Counted from the first letter of the stretch, positions 13,334 through 27,280 are shown. The stretch is DNA of 64,000 nt from Octopus sinensis (GCF_006345805.1 NC_042999.1:20150001-20214000), one strand, 5' to 3'. Translations and numbers: made by a program. Notes: a model not told the origin generated them from the letters alone.

Positions 13334-13741
13334 AGGTGTAGGGGTGGCTGTGTGGTAAGTAGCTTGCTTACCAACCACATGGTTCCAGGTTCATTCCCAC
13401 TGCATGGCACCTTCGGCAAGTGTCTTCTACTATAGCTTCAGGCCGACCAAAGCTTTGTGAGTGGATTTGGTAGACGGAAACTGAAAGAAGCCCGTCGTAT
13501 ATATATGTATATATATATGTATGTATGTGTGTTTATGTGTTTGTGTTTGTGCCCCCAACATCATTTGACAAGCGATGGTGGTGTGTTTACGTCCCCATAA
13601 CTTAGCGATTTGGCAAAAGAGACCAATAGAATAAGTACTAGGCTTACAAAGAATAAGTCCTGGGCTTGATTTGTTCGACTAAAGATAGTGCTCCAGCATG
13701 GCGACGGTCAAATGACTAAAACAAGTAAAAGGGTAAAAGAG
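13334..13741 (+). mobile_element. SINE family A, full length
   Basis: Consensus match. Confidence 0.9.
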
Positions 13742-14069
13742 TTGATCTGAGAGAAGATAAATTTGAAATAAAACATGAAACGCCTATATGACAAAATTTA
13801 TGGTTTCATACTTTATTTCAGTATACTGTAAAAAAATATTGTTTTTACTTGCACAGGGCCATACGTTTTCTCCTATAAAACAAGTTTAAAATATCCTTAA
13901 ATATGTGAATGGTGAAACCTACTAATTTGTTTTTTCCCTAAAAAAAAATTCTTCAAAAATAAGGGTATGTCTTCTGTGAGAATGTATCTTAGTCAAAGTA
14001 AAATATGGCTTGTATAAGTGTAATTTTGTATATGCATGTGCGTGTGTGTTTGTCTGAGTGTGTGTATGT

Positions 14070-14640
<571 letters not shown>

Positions 14641-15042
14641 TGTTTGATAGACAATCGATAATCTTCACTGTGTGTTCTATTATTTTGAGCACTGCAGCAT
14701 TATATACAGTGCTAGTCTACAATGATAATTTATAATAAATGACTTAAGTTCTGAGACTTCAAGTATACAGACATAAATTTTGGACAGTAAAGTTAATATC
14801 TACACAGTGTATACGTTAATACTTCTTCTGCCTTACTTGTTTTAACTAAAGAATTTTTGCTATGATGTATATATATTAGCTAGCACATATACAATTCCAT
14901 TCCATAAGCTTACACCTGCTACATCCTGAAACATGATAGAAATCCAATGGTCATTGCTGTAGTACCTAGAATATCAGTAAAATCTCTCTCAAAATATATG
15001 TTATTATCTTTAAAAATCCACCCAACAACAATAAATTGGGTA

Positions 15043-15550
15043 CAGTTCTATATTTAAGAGATGAGGAATTATGTACATTATTTACATTATTTAAGTTGAG
15101 GCGCAATGGCCCAGTGGTTTGGGCAGCAAACTTGAGGTCAGAGGATCGCAGTTTCAATTCCCAGACTGAGCATTGTGTGTGTTTATTGGACGAAAACACC
15201 TAAAAGCTCCATGAGGCTCGGGCAGGGGGTGCTGGCGACCCCTGTTGTACTCTTTGGCCACAACCCTCTCTCACTCTTTCTTCCTGTTTCTTGAGTAACA
15301 CTGCGATGGACTGGCGTCCTGTCCAGCTGGGGAGATCACATATGCCACACAAACCAGGAACCCAAGCCTATGAGCCTGACTAGGCTTGAAAAAGGGTGAC
15401 ATTTATGTTTTTTATTTATATTATTTACATTTGACAAATATTTGTCCTCATTTTGTTTGTTGTTAACACAACATTTAGGTTGATACAACCCCCCAGCTTT
15501 CATAAGGTGTCTTGGGGAAATTTCAAACCTGGGTTCTCATTCCTATGGTA
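15043..15550 (-). mobile_element. Hammerhead-bearing element (same family as 23232-23538), degenerate, split by a SINE
   Basis: 15043-15092 and 15412-15550 match the 23232 family; core decayed (CTTATGA...TAAAT). Confidence 0.7.
15098..15405 (+). mobile_element. tRNA-derived SINE, family C
   Basis: GAGGCGCAATGGCCCAGTGGTT (A box)...GTTTCAATTCC (B box); homologous to 61695-61990. Confidence 0.8.
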
Positions 15551-15835
15551 GGAAAAAATGGAGACCACCTCCCCCTGTGGGATGAAGTTAAAATAATAGA
15601 CAGAGAACACCACTGGAAAATACAAAAACTAAAAGAAGCAGCACATATGCTAGGACACAACAACCTCCTAAGCAGACCGAGTGCAGATATGAGTAGCATA
15701 TGGGAATTGGTATTAAGGAAGGATAGAAATATATTAGATTTATAAACCCTAAAAATTCACTCCATAATTGCCCACGGGCATATGGTGTGGTGGTTAAGAG
15801 CATGGGCTACTAACCCCAAGATTCTGAGTGCAATG

Positions 15836-15873
<38 letters not shown>

Positions 15874-16032
15874 GAAAAATACCTCTGTAATGAGAACCTT
15901 GTGTGTGCGTATGTGTGCGTGTGTCCATGTCTGTGTGTGACCCCCGCCCACTGCTTTATAACCAGTAGTTCAGCAATAAGTGCCAGCCTTAGAAAGAAAA
16001 TAAGAACCGGGTTTGATTCATTCATCTAAACA

Positions 16033-16645
16033 TACTCTTTACTCTTTTTACTCTTTTACTTCTTTCAGTAATTTGACTGTGGCCATGCTGGAGCACCACC
16101 TTTAGTTGAAGAAATCGACCCCCAGGACTTATTCTTTGTAAGTCTACTACTTATTCTATCATTCCTTTTTGCCAAACTGCTAGGTTACGGGGACGTAAAC
16201 CCACCAGCATTGGTTGTCAAGCGATGCTGGGGGACAAACACTGACACACAAACATACACACACACACACATATATAAATTTTATAATTATGAGTATAATT
16301 ATAATTAGGGTTCAGCAAAAATTTGCTTCACCACATACTGACTTTTAGCAATAGCAGTTAAAACTAACTATATCACTTACATAAGAAAATCTCTCAAATA
16401 GCAATACTCAACAACCCACACAGGTAAAGAGAAAGATATATATATATATAAAGGTAACGATATATATATATATATATATATATATAACAGGCTTCTTCCA
16501 GTTTCCATCTACCAAATCCACTCACAAGGCTTTGGTCAGCCCAAGGCTATAGTAGAAGACACTTGCCCCAGGTGCCACGCAGTGGGACTTAACCCAGAAC
16601 CATGTGGTTGGTAAGCAAGCTACTTACTGCACAGCCACTCCTGCA
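16033..16645 (-). mobile_element. SINE family A split by an insertion (16276-16436) in its central TA tract
   Basis: 3' half 16033-16275, 5' half 16470-16645. Confidence 0.85.
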
Positions 16646-17319
16646 GTCTAATGGTCGCAGTCTAATGACCAAAGCCAGAAAGAGATAACAGATAAACACA
16701 ACCCGTGCTAGCATGGAAAACGGACGTTAAACGATCATGATGATGATGACTCCTTAAAACTTTCTTTTAGTTCCCATCTAGCAAATCCAGAAATCCATTC
16801 ATAACACTTTTGTCATCCTGGGCTGCTGCTGTAGAAAGCACTTGCTCAAAATACCACACAGTTAGGGAAAAACCTGAATCCCAACTGATTGAAAAACAAA
16901 ATTCTTAAGACCACACAGCCAAGCTTGTGCTTACGAGTGAAACATAACATAAAATAAAAATAAAACAAAATACAAATAAAAAAAGAAAGAAATATGGAAA
17001 GTGTGTGCTTGTGTACTTTGAAGACACCACTTAAATAAACAGACTATTTTTAACCATTAGGCTAAATATGGTTGCTTAAGAAAAATATGCTTACACCTCA
17101 TTGAAGATATGAGATGTATGCCAGAGTGAATATGGTGATGTGATTAATGCATCTGTTTTGTGTGATGAAAGTGCAAGGATAAGAGTGTACCAATAAAATT
17201 TGTTGTTGGGAATTTCACAATAGGCTTCAGATGAAAGCCCCAAACTAATGGGAGGAAATTGTTGATGTTGTATGCATCATTTGTATTTTTGCTTTAGCTG
17301 CTCGACATCATTATCGTCA

Positions 17320-17930
17320 CATCGCTATCGCCTTCGCTATTTTCCCCCACCATCACTATCACCACCAACACCAACACCACTATCACCACCACCACCACCA
17401 CCTTCACTACCCCCACTGCCATCACCACCACCACCACCACCACCACCACCACCACCACCACCACCATCACCACCACCACCACCACCACCATCACCACCAC
17501 CATCACCACCACCACCACCACCACCAACCACCACCACCACCACCACCACCACCACCACCACCACACCATCACCACAACCATCACCACCACCACCACCACC
17601 ACCATCACCACAACCATCACCATCACCACCACCACCACCACCACCACCACCACCATCACCACAACCATCACCACCACCACCACCACCACCACCACCACTA
17701 TCATCACCAACAACAACATCACTACCACCACCATCACCATTGTTGTTGCCAGCATTGCTACCACCACCATTGCCATTGCTGTCATCACCACCACCAACAC
17801 CAACACCAACACCACCACCAACAACAACAACACCATCATCCCCAATGTTGTTGCCACCATTGCTACCACCATCATTACCATTGCCGTCACCATAGCAACC
17901 ATCATCATCATTGAGATTATTATCATCATT
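17320..17930. repeat. (CAC)n-rich microsatellite
   Basis: Direct reading. Confidence 0.95.
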
Positions 17931-17949
17931 GTTATTGGAATCGTTAAGG

Positions 17950-18298
17950 TGTTGAACAGGTGGAATTATTAGCTCACTGGCCAAAATGCTTAGCAGTATT
18001 TCATCTAGCTTTATGATCTGAGTTCACATCCCACCAAGATCGACTTTGTCTTTTGTCCTCTTGGTGTCGATAAAATACGTACCAGTTAAGCACTGGGGTC
18101 GATGTAATCACTTTACCTCCACCCCTGAAACTACTGGACTTGCACCAAAATTGCTCCAAGGTCACCATTACCTCTCATCCTTTCCAGGTCGCTAAGACAA
18201 GTACCAGTCAAGCACTGGGGTCGATGTAATCAACTATCCCTCTCCCCTCAAATTCCACGTATTGTTCCTATAGTAGAAAGGATTTGTTGTTGTTGTTG

Positions 18299-18336
<38 letters not shown>

Positions 18337-18535
18337 GAGGCATCGAGCTGGCAGAAACATTAGTAGTATTTCATCTGCCTTTATGTTGTGAGTTCAAATT
18401 CTGCCGAGTTCGACTTTGCCTTTCATTCTTTCAGGATCGATAAATTAAGTGCCAGTTGCATTCTGGGGGTCAATCTAATTGACTGGCCCAGCCTCCCCAA
18501 AAATTTCGGGCCTTATGCCAAGAGTAGAAAAGATT
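17950..18535 (+). mobile_element. Cluster of SINE family B copies and fragments
   Basis: Copies at ~17950-18160, ~18185-18290 (partial) and ~18336-18535. Confidence 0.75.
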
Positions 18536-19939
18536 ACTATTATTATTACTATTATTACTATTACTATTATTATTATTATTATTACTATTATTATTATTAT
18601 TATTATTATTATTATCATTAGTATTATTATTATCATTATTATTATTATTATTATTGTTATTATTATTATTATTATTATTACATTCTAATGTCTATATTTC
18701 CATAACTTCTACAGCATAGCCTGGAATAAATCAATATTCGAAAGCTCTTATTAATGATTTCTGAATATTACTTCACCTGACGCTGCTTTTAACCTTCATT
18801 CTAAAATTCATTTGCACTAACCCTTGATGCATCGCCAATTGATATAGTGAGAGAAAACCTTCTCACATACACATATATATATATATATATTGACATAAGA
18901 GAATATATTGGAATGACCTTCTCGTTGATCTATGACTGTCTGGCTCAGCCAATGCTCTCAAATGCCTCATTAAGCACTTGTTATTCATGGCCTGACAATA
19001 TTCTTTGATAGAAAGTGAACTGTAATATCATACTTCTTCATAACACCGTGTTCAGTTTAGCTGTCTCTGACTTCATGCACTTGTAGCAATCTATAAATAC
19101 TATAATCCATTCATATTATAATAAGCGACCGATTCAATATTCTAAATGACACCGTCTTTTCAACCTTAATGGAGCAAGGGGGAAAAATCAGATCTTGGAA
19201 GAAATATTGTATTAAGAGATAGGCTCTTTAATGACCAGAGAGCTAAGATAACATTGAACTCTGCTCAAAAGAATCGAACCATGTGTTATGGATTTGAACA
19301 TTATCATGAATATCAGACAGTGTCTCTAAAGAAATTGTCTTCTATTATTAATCTCTAAAGAGTTAATGTACAAATTTCTTCTCTAGGCACAGACATGGCT
19401 TTAGCTGTAGGTGTGGTTGTGTATTAACATGTTTGCTTCAGAAGCCACGTGGTTCCAGGTTCAGTTCCACGGTGTGGCACATTGGCAAAGTTTTTTTTTC
19501 TATCATAGTCTCGGATTGACCAAAATTCTTTGAATAGATTTGGTAGAGAGAAACTGAAAGAAATGTGTCATATATATGTAAATGTGTGCAGGTATGTGTG
19601 TATACATGTATGTGTGTGTGTGTATGTGTGTGTTTGTGCATGTGTGTTTGTGTGCGTATGTGTGTGCACGCCTATGTGTGCATCTGTGCCTACATGTGTA
19701 TGTGTATGTGTGTGTGTTTGTGCATGCATGTGTATGTGTGCCCATGCATGCATGTGTGCCACATGTGTGCATGCATACATGTTTGTGTGTGTGCATGCAT
19801 GTGTGTGTGTGTTTGTGCATGTGTGTATTACTGTCACTTTGCCTTGACATCTTGTGTGTCTCTTTCATGCAAGAAATGCCCTTCATTCCTAGTATTCTAT
19901 ATAAACATGAAACATAACTTGTCCTAGAGAAATATTATC

Positions 19940-20615
19940 TCAGTGTGGCAGAATTGTTAGCACACCAGGTGATATGCTAAACGGTATTTCATCTGTCTTT
20001 ACGTTCTGAGTTCAAATTCCACTGAGGTCAACTTTGCCTTTTATCCTTTCAGGGTCAATAAATTAAGTACCATTTGTGTACTGGGGTCGATCTAATTGAC
20101 TAGCCACCTCTCCTAAAATTTCGGCCCTTGTGCCTAGAGTAGAAAAGAATTTTATCTTACTTTGAAACAGAGGAAGTTTGACAACAGGCGGGATATCCAG
20201 TCATTGAAAATTCTGCATCAAGAACTTCCTTTTGAACCATGCAAGTATGGTAAAAACTTGGGCATTAAATAATGATGATAATGAATGGTGATAGGTTATA
20301 TATTACACATTTAAACAGAACACAAAACAACTGGAGATGTATGTAACTCAGCTTCCTTAAACTAGAAACTCTTAAACATTTAGCATTTAAACCAATCACA
20401 TCTGGCCCAAATATTCTTTTGTACTCTAGGCACAAGGCCCGAAATTTTGGGGGAGGGTCCAGTCGATTAGATCGACCCCAGTACGCAACTGGTTCTTAAT
20501 TTATCGACCGTAAAAAGATGAAATGCAAAGTTGACTTCAGCGGAATTTGAACTCAAAACATAAAAACAGATGAAATATCGCTAAGCATTTTGAACGGTGT
20601 GCTAACATTTCTGCC
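19940..20615. mobile_element. SINE family B copies in opposite orientations (19940-20150 +, 20420-20615 -) around an old GAT-tailed fragment
   Basis: Consensus matches. Confidence 0.75.
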
Positions 20616-20634
20616 TGCTCACTGATTTTATCAT

Positions 20635-21080
20635 CATCATCATCGTCATCATCGTCGTTTCACGTCCACTTTCCATGCTGGCATGGGTTGGACAGTTTGA
20701 CTGAAGACTGGCAAGCCAGAAGGCTGAACCAGGCTTCAATCTGATCTGGCAAGGTTTCTACAGCTGGATACCCTTTGTATCACTAACCACTCCAAGAGTG
20801 TAGTGGGTGCTTTTACGTACCACCAGCACAGGGGTCAGTCAGACGGTTCTGCCAACGACCATGCTCAAAAGGTGTCTTTTATGTGCTACCTGCACAGGAG
20901 CCAATCCAGCGGCAACACCAACCACTCCAAGAGTGTAGTGGGTGCTTTTACATGCCACCGGAACAGGGACCAGTCAGACGGTTCTGCCAACAACCATGCT
21001 CAAAAGGTGTTTTTTATGTGCTACCTGCACAGGAGCCAGTCCAGTGGCACTGGCAACAACCACGTTCAAATGCTGTTTTT
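20635..21080 (-). mobile_element. RTE LINE 3'-UTR fragment with ~120-bp internal duplication
   Basis: AACCACTCCAAGAGTGTAGTGGGTGCTTTTAC occurs twice (~20786 and ~20910). Confidence 0.8.
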
Positions 21081-21084
21081 ACAC

Positions 21085-21260
21085 ATGCCAGGCCTGATTA
21101 GATCAACCCCAGTGCGTAACTGGTACTTAATTTATTGACCTCCAAAAGGATGAAAGGCAAAGTCGACCTCAGCAGAATTTGATTTCAGACCATAAAAACA
21201 GACGAAATACTGCTAAGCATTTTGCCTGGTGTGCTAAAGTTTCTGCCAGCTCACTGCCTT
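21085..21260 (-). mobile_element. SINE family B
   Basis: Consensus match. Confidence 0.8.
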
Positions 21261-21524
21261 ATTGCCCATATATTCTACCTGTTTTATGTTTAAACTGGCC
21301 AATTCTGGTCTCACATACCTATTTTACACTGTCATTCTGAAAATAAACAATCACCTCATTGGAATCTTTAAGCTACATGATTCAATTCAAAACAATATGT
21401 CTATATACATATTACGTTTGATAGAGTAATTTGAATGCTAATGGGTGAGCTAAGTATTAAGTATTATCCCAGCCATAATTAGAATCCTATCAGAGAATGA
21501 TCATGGAATATTTTTTTTATTTCT

Positions 21525-21880
21525 TTATTGCCCACAGAGGGCTAAACATAGAGGGGACAAGCAAGGAAAGACAAAGGGAGTAAGTCAATTAGATTGACCC
21601 CAGTGCATAACTGGTACTTATTTAATCAACCACAAAAGGACGAAATACCTATTTTTTTACTACCCACAAGGGGCTAAACACAGAGAGGACAAACAAGGAC
21701 AGACAAACGGATCAAGTTGATTATATCAACCCCAGTGCTTAACTGGTACTTATTTTATCGACCCCGAAAGGATGAAAGGCAAAGTCGACCTCGGCGGAAT
21801 TTGAACTCAGAACGTAACCGCAGACGAAATACCGCTAAGCATTTCACCCAGCATGCTAACGATTCTGCCAGCTCACCATC
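21525..21880 (-). mobile_element. SINE family B, tandem dimer form
   Basis: Head-to-tail junction CGAAATAC|CTATTT at 21648/21649. Confidence 0.8.
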
Positions 21881-22189
21881 TTAAACAATCATGCAATATT
21901 AATTTTATAATGTAAACAATAAAACTAACAAGAAATCTTTAACAATTTCAAGCCTTTTCAAACGAAGGAGGACACATTTGAAAAAATTAGTTGATTATAG
22001 AAATAAAAATTCATATTTAAAAGAATTCAGTCTTAAATTTTTATTTCTTTGTCATATTTCTGATGATAAACACTCTATTTTAAGTAACTTCGAAAATTAT
22101 CAAGAATTTGGTAAAATAATTTTCTCATTACTAAGCATTTAGAATATAAGTTAACATGAAATTTTGATAAAAAGGTTTTTCCATTTGGC

Positions 22190-22565
22190 TCCTTATCCGA
22201 ATCGTGGCCGTTGCCAGCGCCACCTCGACTGGCTTCCGTGTCGGTGACACATAAAAAGCACCATCCGAATCGTGGCCGAAGCCAGTGCCGCCTCGACTGG
22301 CTTCCGTGCAGGTGGCACGTAAAATGCACCAATCCGACCATGGCCAATGCCAGCCTCGCTTGGCACCAGTGCAGGTGGCACATAAAAAGCACCCACTACA
22401 CTCACGGAGTGGTTGGCATTAGGAAGGGCATCCAGCTGTAGAAACATTGCCAGATAAGACCGGAGCCTAGTGCAGCCTTCTGGCTTCCCAGATCCCCGGT
22501 CGAACCGTCCAACCCATGCTAGCATGGAGAACGGACGTTAAACAATGATGCTGATGATGATGATG
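22190..22565 (+). mobile_element. RTE LINE 3'-UTR fragment
   Basis: Internal repeats, GGAAGGGCATCCAGC motif, GAT tail. Confidence 0.9.
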
Positions 22566-22734
22566 TTTGTATCATTGAGTCATAATTGGTTAAGTTGGTA
22601 TCAAAAAGTATTCGAATATTCTTTTAATGGAAAAGAAAGCTCCATTAGTATACTTATATTACATTTTTTTTTAAAACAATTTTTTATCAGCAAAAATCAT
22701 GACATTACATGGTCTGATCCAAACTCTTTTCCTT

Positions 22735-23128
22735 TACATCTTTTACTTGTTTCAGTCATTTGACTGTGGCCATGCTGGAGCACCACCTGTAGTCGAGCAA
22801 ATCCACCCCAGGACTTATTCTTTGGAAGTCTAGTACTTATTCTATCAGACTCTTTTGCCAAACCGCTAAGTTACGAGGACGTAAACACACCAACATCGGT
22901 TGTCAAACGATGTTGGGGGGACAAACACAGACACACAAACACACACACGTATATATATATATACATATATACGATGGGCTTCTTTCAGTTTCTGTCTACC
23001 AAATCCACTCACAAGGCTTTGGTCGGCCTGAGACTATAGTAGAAGACACTTGCCCAAGGTGCCACGCAATGGGAATGAACCCAGAACCATGTGATTGGCA
23101 AGCAAGCTATTTCCCACACAGCCACTCT
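22735..23128 (-). mobile_element. SINE family A
   Basis: Consensus match. Confidence 0.9.
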
Positions 23129-23231
23129 TGCTATAGTAACAAAGATAAAGCACACAGAGTAAAACTGCTTGATGCAGATTGACCGTCAACACTGTTGAGC
23201 ATGTGCACTAAGTTTTAAGGTTCTAGCTCAC

Positions 23232-23538
23232 AGTTCTATATTTAAGAGATGAAGAATTATGTACAGTATTTAATTTATTTACATTCGATGGCTATTTGTC
23301 TTCACCTTGTTTGTTGTTAGCAAAACGGTTCGGCTGATATACCCTTCAGCCTTCATCAGGAATGAGAACCCAGTTTTGAAATTTCCCCAAGACACCTGAT
23401 GAAGGCTGGAGGGTATATCAGCCGAAATGTTGTGTTGATAACAAACAAGATGAGGACAAATATCCATCAATTGTAAATAATGTAAATATTGTAAATAATG
23501 TAAATATTGTAAATAATGTAAATATTGTAAATAATGCA
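23232..23538. mobile_element. Inverted (head-to-head) double-hammerhead element with 11-bp target-site duplication
   Basis: TTCTAGCTCAC at 23221-23231 and 23539-23549; imperfect inverted arms 23232-23360 and 23395-23538. Confidence 0.8.
23391..23436 (+). ncRNA. Minimal type I hammerhead ribozyme motif
   Basis: GACAC-CTGATGA-A-GGCTG(10 nt)CAGCC-GAAAT-GTT-GTGTT; stem I GACAC/GTGTT; stem III has no loop. Confidence 0.65.
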
Positions 23539-23549
23539 TTCTAGCTCAC

Positions 23550-23700
23550 TTCCACTATTTACAGGAATGCTTGAAAGGAAGGTGTGTAGTGTGGGATCAT
23601 TGCATTGACCTGGACAGAGAAAGTTGAGCAGAGAATCTGCAACACATTTTGCCAAAAGTCTTGGTGATACCTGCTCAGAGACCTACACAAAGTTTTCAAA
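23550..23700 (+). mobile_element. Mariner-like transposon relic, 5' arm
   Basis: EQRICNTFCQK resembles the mariner transposase N-terminus; inverted homolog at ~24440-24600. Confidence 0.7.
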
Positions 23701-23711
23701 AAGTTCTTATC

Positions 23712-24117
23712 AGGCGCAGGAGTGGCTGTGTGGTAAGTAGCTTGCTAACCAACCACATGTTTCTGGGTTCAGTCCCACTGCGTGGCATCTTGGGCAAGTG
23801 TCTTCTGCTATAGCCCCGGGCCGACCAATGCCTTGTGAGTGGATTTGGTAGACGGAAACTGAAAGAAGCCTGTCGTATATATGTATATATATATGTGTGT
23901 GTGTGTGTTTGTGTGTCTGTGTTTGTCCCCCTAGCATTGCTTGACAACCGATGCTAGTGTGTTTACATCCCCGTCACTTAGCGGTTCGGCAAAAAGAGAC
24001 CGACAGAATAAGTACTGGGGCTTACAAAGAATAAGTCCCGGGGTCAATTTGCTCGACTAAAGGCAGTGCTCCAGCATGGCCGCAGTCAAATGACTGAAAC
24101 AAGTAAAAGAGTATAGA
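23712..24117 (+). mobile_element. SINE family A, full length, inserted in the mariner relic
   Basis: Consensus match. Confidence 0.92.
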
Positions 24118-24124
24118 GTATCAT

Positions 24125-24660
24125 TCTCAACACAATCAAGAACATCTTGTGCAACTGAAAGTCACTTGGTACAGACTGAGCGTCAACACTGTTTTGGCAC
24201 AAATTTGGCAGACCCAGATCTTCTGTGATAATGGACTGAACTGAACCATAACTAATTTGCACAGCCTCTGATAACTCACGGATGGTGATTCAATGATTTT
24301 CCTTCACAGTTGCATGCACATCAGCAAACTTTTTCTCAGTTCTGCTGGGTGTGGGCTTCCCAAAAGTTTCATCAATATCGACATTTTTTTTACCATCTTG
24401 GGAACATCTGAACCACTCGTACACTTATGTGCAGCTCATATACTCCTCTCTATACACTTTGTGCAACTTTGCATTGGCCTCTGAGCAGTTATCACCATGA
24501 CAACTTTCTCTGTCATGGTCAATGCGAATATCACATGCTACACACCTTCCTTCCAAGAAGTGCTGTAAACAGTGAAATCAACTAGAACATTAAAACTCTG
24601 CTGTGCATGCACAGCAGAGTTCAAGATCAATCTTTGTCATGTGGCTGCACACTGCATGCT
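24125..24660 (-). pseudogene. Mariner-like transposase N-terminal (HTH) relic
   Basis: Minus strand reads KLHKVYREEYMSCT*VYEWFRCSQDGKKNVDIDETFGKPTPSRTE..VKENH*ITIRELSE. Confidence 0.8.
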
Positions 24661-24670
24661 TTTAGTATCA

Positions 24671-25112
24671 TAGGCACAGGAGTGGCTGTGGGGTTAGCTT
24701 GCTTACAAACCACATGGTTCCGGGTTCAGTCCCACTGTGTGGCAACTTTGGTAAGTGTCTTCTACTATAGCCTCAGGCCGACCAAAGTCTTGTGAGTGGA
24801 TTTCATAGACAGAAACTGAAAGAACCCTGTTGTATATAAGTATATTTGTATATGTATACATGTATATGTATATATGTATATGTATATCTATGTGTGTGTG
24901 TTTGTGTGTCTGTGTTTGTCCCTGCCAACATCGCTTGACAACCGATGCTGGTGTGCTTATGTCCCCGTAACCTAACGGTTCAGCAAAAGAGACTGATAGA
25001 ATAAATACTAGGCTTACAAAGAATAAATCCTGCGGTCGATTTGCTCAACTAAAGGCGGTGCTCTAGCATGGCCGCAGTCAAATGACTGAAACAAGTAAAA
25101 GAGTAAAAGAGC
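24671..25112 (+). mobile_element. SINE family A, full length
   Basis: Consensus match. Confidence 0.9.
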
Positions 25113-25576
25113 GAGTATCAGTGCAGATACTTAATGATCAGACCTCGTATATAACTAACGACATTAGATAATGACGGCGACGTTGGAAACAAGGATAACG
25201 AATGTTAGTGACGGCCATGAGTTAACAGTAAATATTAATTCTTCGTTTTACTGGCAAAGATATTAGACATCTCCAGATATATGGTTTCATTTTGATTTCA
25301 TTAACAAGTTATATCTTCCTGCCTACTCGTTGAAAATACAAAAGAATCGCAAAGTAATTCTATATATCAGTATATTTCTGAGTGTAAGAAAATAGATTTG
25401 TTTAGAAATTAGATAATTCTTAAACACCAGCTGCCTGGGAAACATTAGGTAAATTAGCACTGTTATATTTAATACAGGCTGACTAGAAATATTTATTGCC
25501 ATGATAGGTACACAAATGACTAATGTAGTTGAGTTAGTTTTTGTGCTACATGGTTTCTGGTTCAATCTCGGTGCGT

Positions 25577-25725
25577 GGCACCATTTCTACAGCTGAGTGA
25601 ACTGGAGCAACGTGAAATAAAGTGTTTTGCTCAAGAAAGCAACACACAGCCCGGTCCAGGATTCGAACTCACAACCTCATGATCGTAAGCTCGATGTTCT
25701 AACCACTGAGCCATGCACCTTCACC
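25577..25725 (-). mobile_element. tRNA-derived SINE, family D, 5' part
   Basis: Reverse reads GTGAAGGTGCATGGCTCAGTGGTTAG...GAGTTCGAATCCTGG; homologs at 32335-32590 and 54500-54780. Confidence 0.8.
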
Positions 25726-26644
25726 TTACGTATTACACATTCATATTACAGATGTACAGAGATAGAAAAGGATTGTTTTTCTCCAGTCTTCTTATGAACT
25801 CCAGTAACACAAAGAGATCTCAGTAAAAGAGTGAACCATAAAAAATATATTACAGATTCCATGCTACAGTCCTCATGTACTGTAATAGTCTCTTACAATG
25901 GTTATCTCTTTTCTGTAAACATTAGGCACAGCAATCAAATACTTTGGCTGAAAGAAAAAGAGACAATTGGTACAATTTATGTAAATAAATTGTAACCATT
26001 TTCTTCAGTTTTCTATTACTTCAAAAACACCAACAAAACATGGAAAGATATGGATACTGGAATTATCATAATTTGGCTATCAGAGGATTAAACTTATAAT
26101 TTGGAGAAATGTTTTTATTGATATGTTTGTAAGAGTAGCATCACAAAATAGAAGAGAAGAGGAGGGAAAGAGAGAGGGAGGGAGAGAGGAGAGAGTAAAA
26201 CCACAGCTTTTTCACAGTGAATTAGAATTGATTTTCTGAGGTTGAAATCTTCAATATTAAAAGAAGTTTGAAAACAACATTTTGATAAAAAAAATATTTG
26301 AAAATTATGATTTTTAATTATTTTCTAGATTGAGTAGACTTAAATAATTACTTTTTTTAGTAAAAGTTACATACTCCTGACTAATTAATGAGTAGCTTTC
26401 TCCACTGTGGTATAGATATATGTGTATGTGTCAGTGTTCATATGTTTGTTTTACCTAGTTTTGTCATTCAAGCAAAGTCCTTCTATTCCAGTCTGCTATG
26501 AAAACATGTCCAACCATAAGAAGATACTATCTTGCTTGAAACAGGTATGTGTTAGTGACAGATGCAACATTTACTCATTGAAAAATCTACTATGGTGATT
26601 TCTGTCTGACCCATGCAAGAATGACAAAGTGTATGTTAAAACCA

Positions 26645-27024
26645 TGATGATGATGATTTGGAGGTGGTGGTGACAACGACGCCGATGACAACGCTGATGA
26701 TGATGATGGTGGTGGTGGAGGTGGTGGTTGTGGTGGTAGTTGTGGTGGTAGTGGTGGAGGTGGTGGTGGTGGTAGTGGTGGTGGTAGTGGTGGTGGTGGT
26801 GATGAGAATGATGACGATGATGATGATGGTGGTGGTGGTGGTGGTGGTGGTGGTGATGGTGATGATGATAATGATGGTTGTGGTGGTGGTGGTGGTGGTG
26901 ATGAGGATGATGATGATGACGATGATGATGGTGGTGGTGGTGGTGGTGGTGGTGGTGGTGATGATGGTGATGATGATAATGATGGTTGTGGTGGTGGTAG
27001 TGGTGATGAGGATGCTGATGATGC

Positions 27025-27055
<31 letters not shown>

Positions 27056-27124
27056 GGTGGTGGGTGGTGGTGGTGATGGTGATGATGATAACGATGGTTG
27101 TGGTGGTGGTGGTGGTGACAAGGA

Positions 27125-27158
<34 letters not shown>

Positions 27159-27280
27159 GAGGATGATGATGATGATGGTGACAGCGACATTAATGAGGAT
27201 GATGATGGTGGTGGTGGTGATGATGATCATGATGGTAGTGGTAGTGATGATGATCATGATGATGATCTTGATAATGATGA
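26645..27280. repeat. (GAT/GGT)n compound microsatellite
   Basis: Direct reading. Confidence 0.95.

Noticed and set aside
15098-15170. tRNA-like sequences with A and B boxes (also 61695, 25650, 54500)
   Set aside because: They are SINE heads continuing into repeat bodies; no full cloverleaf
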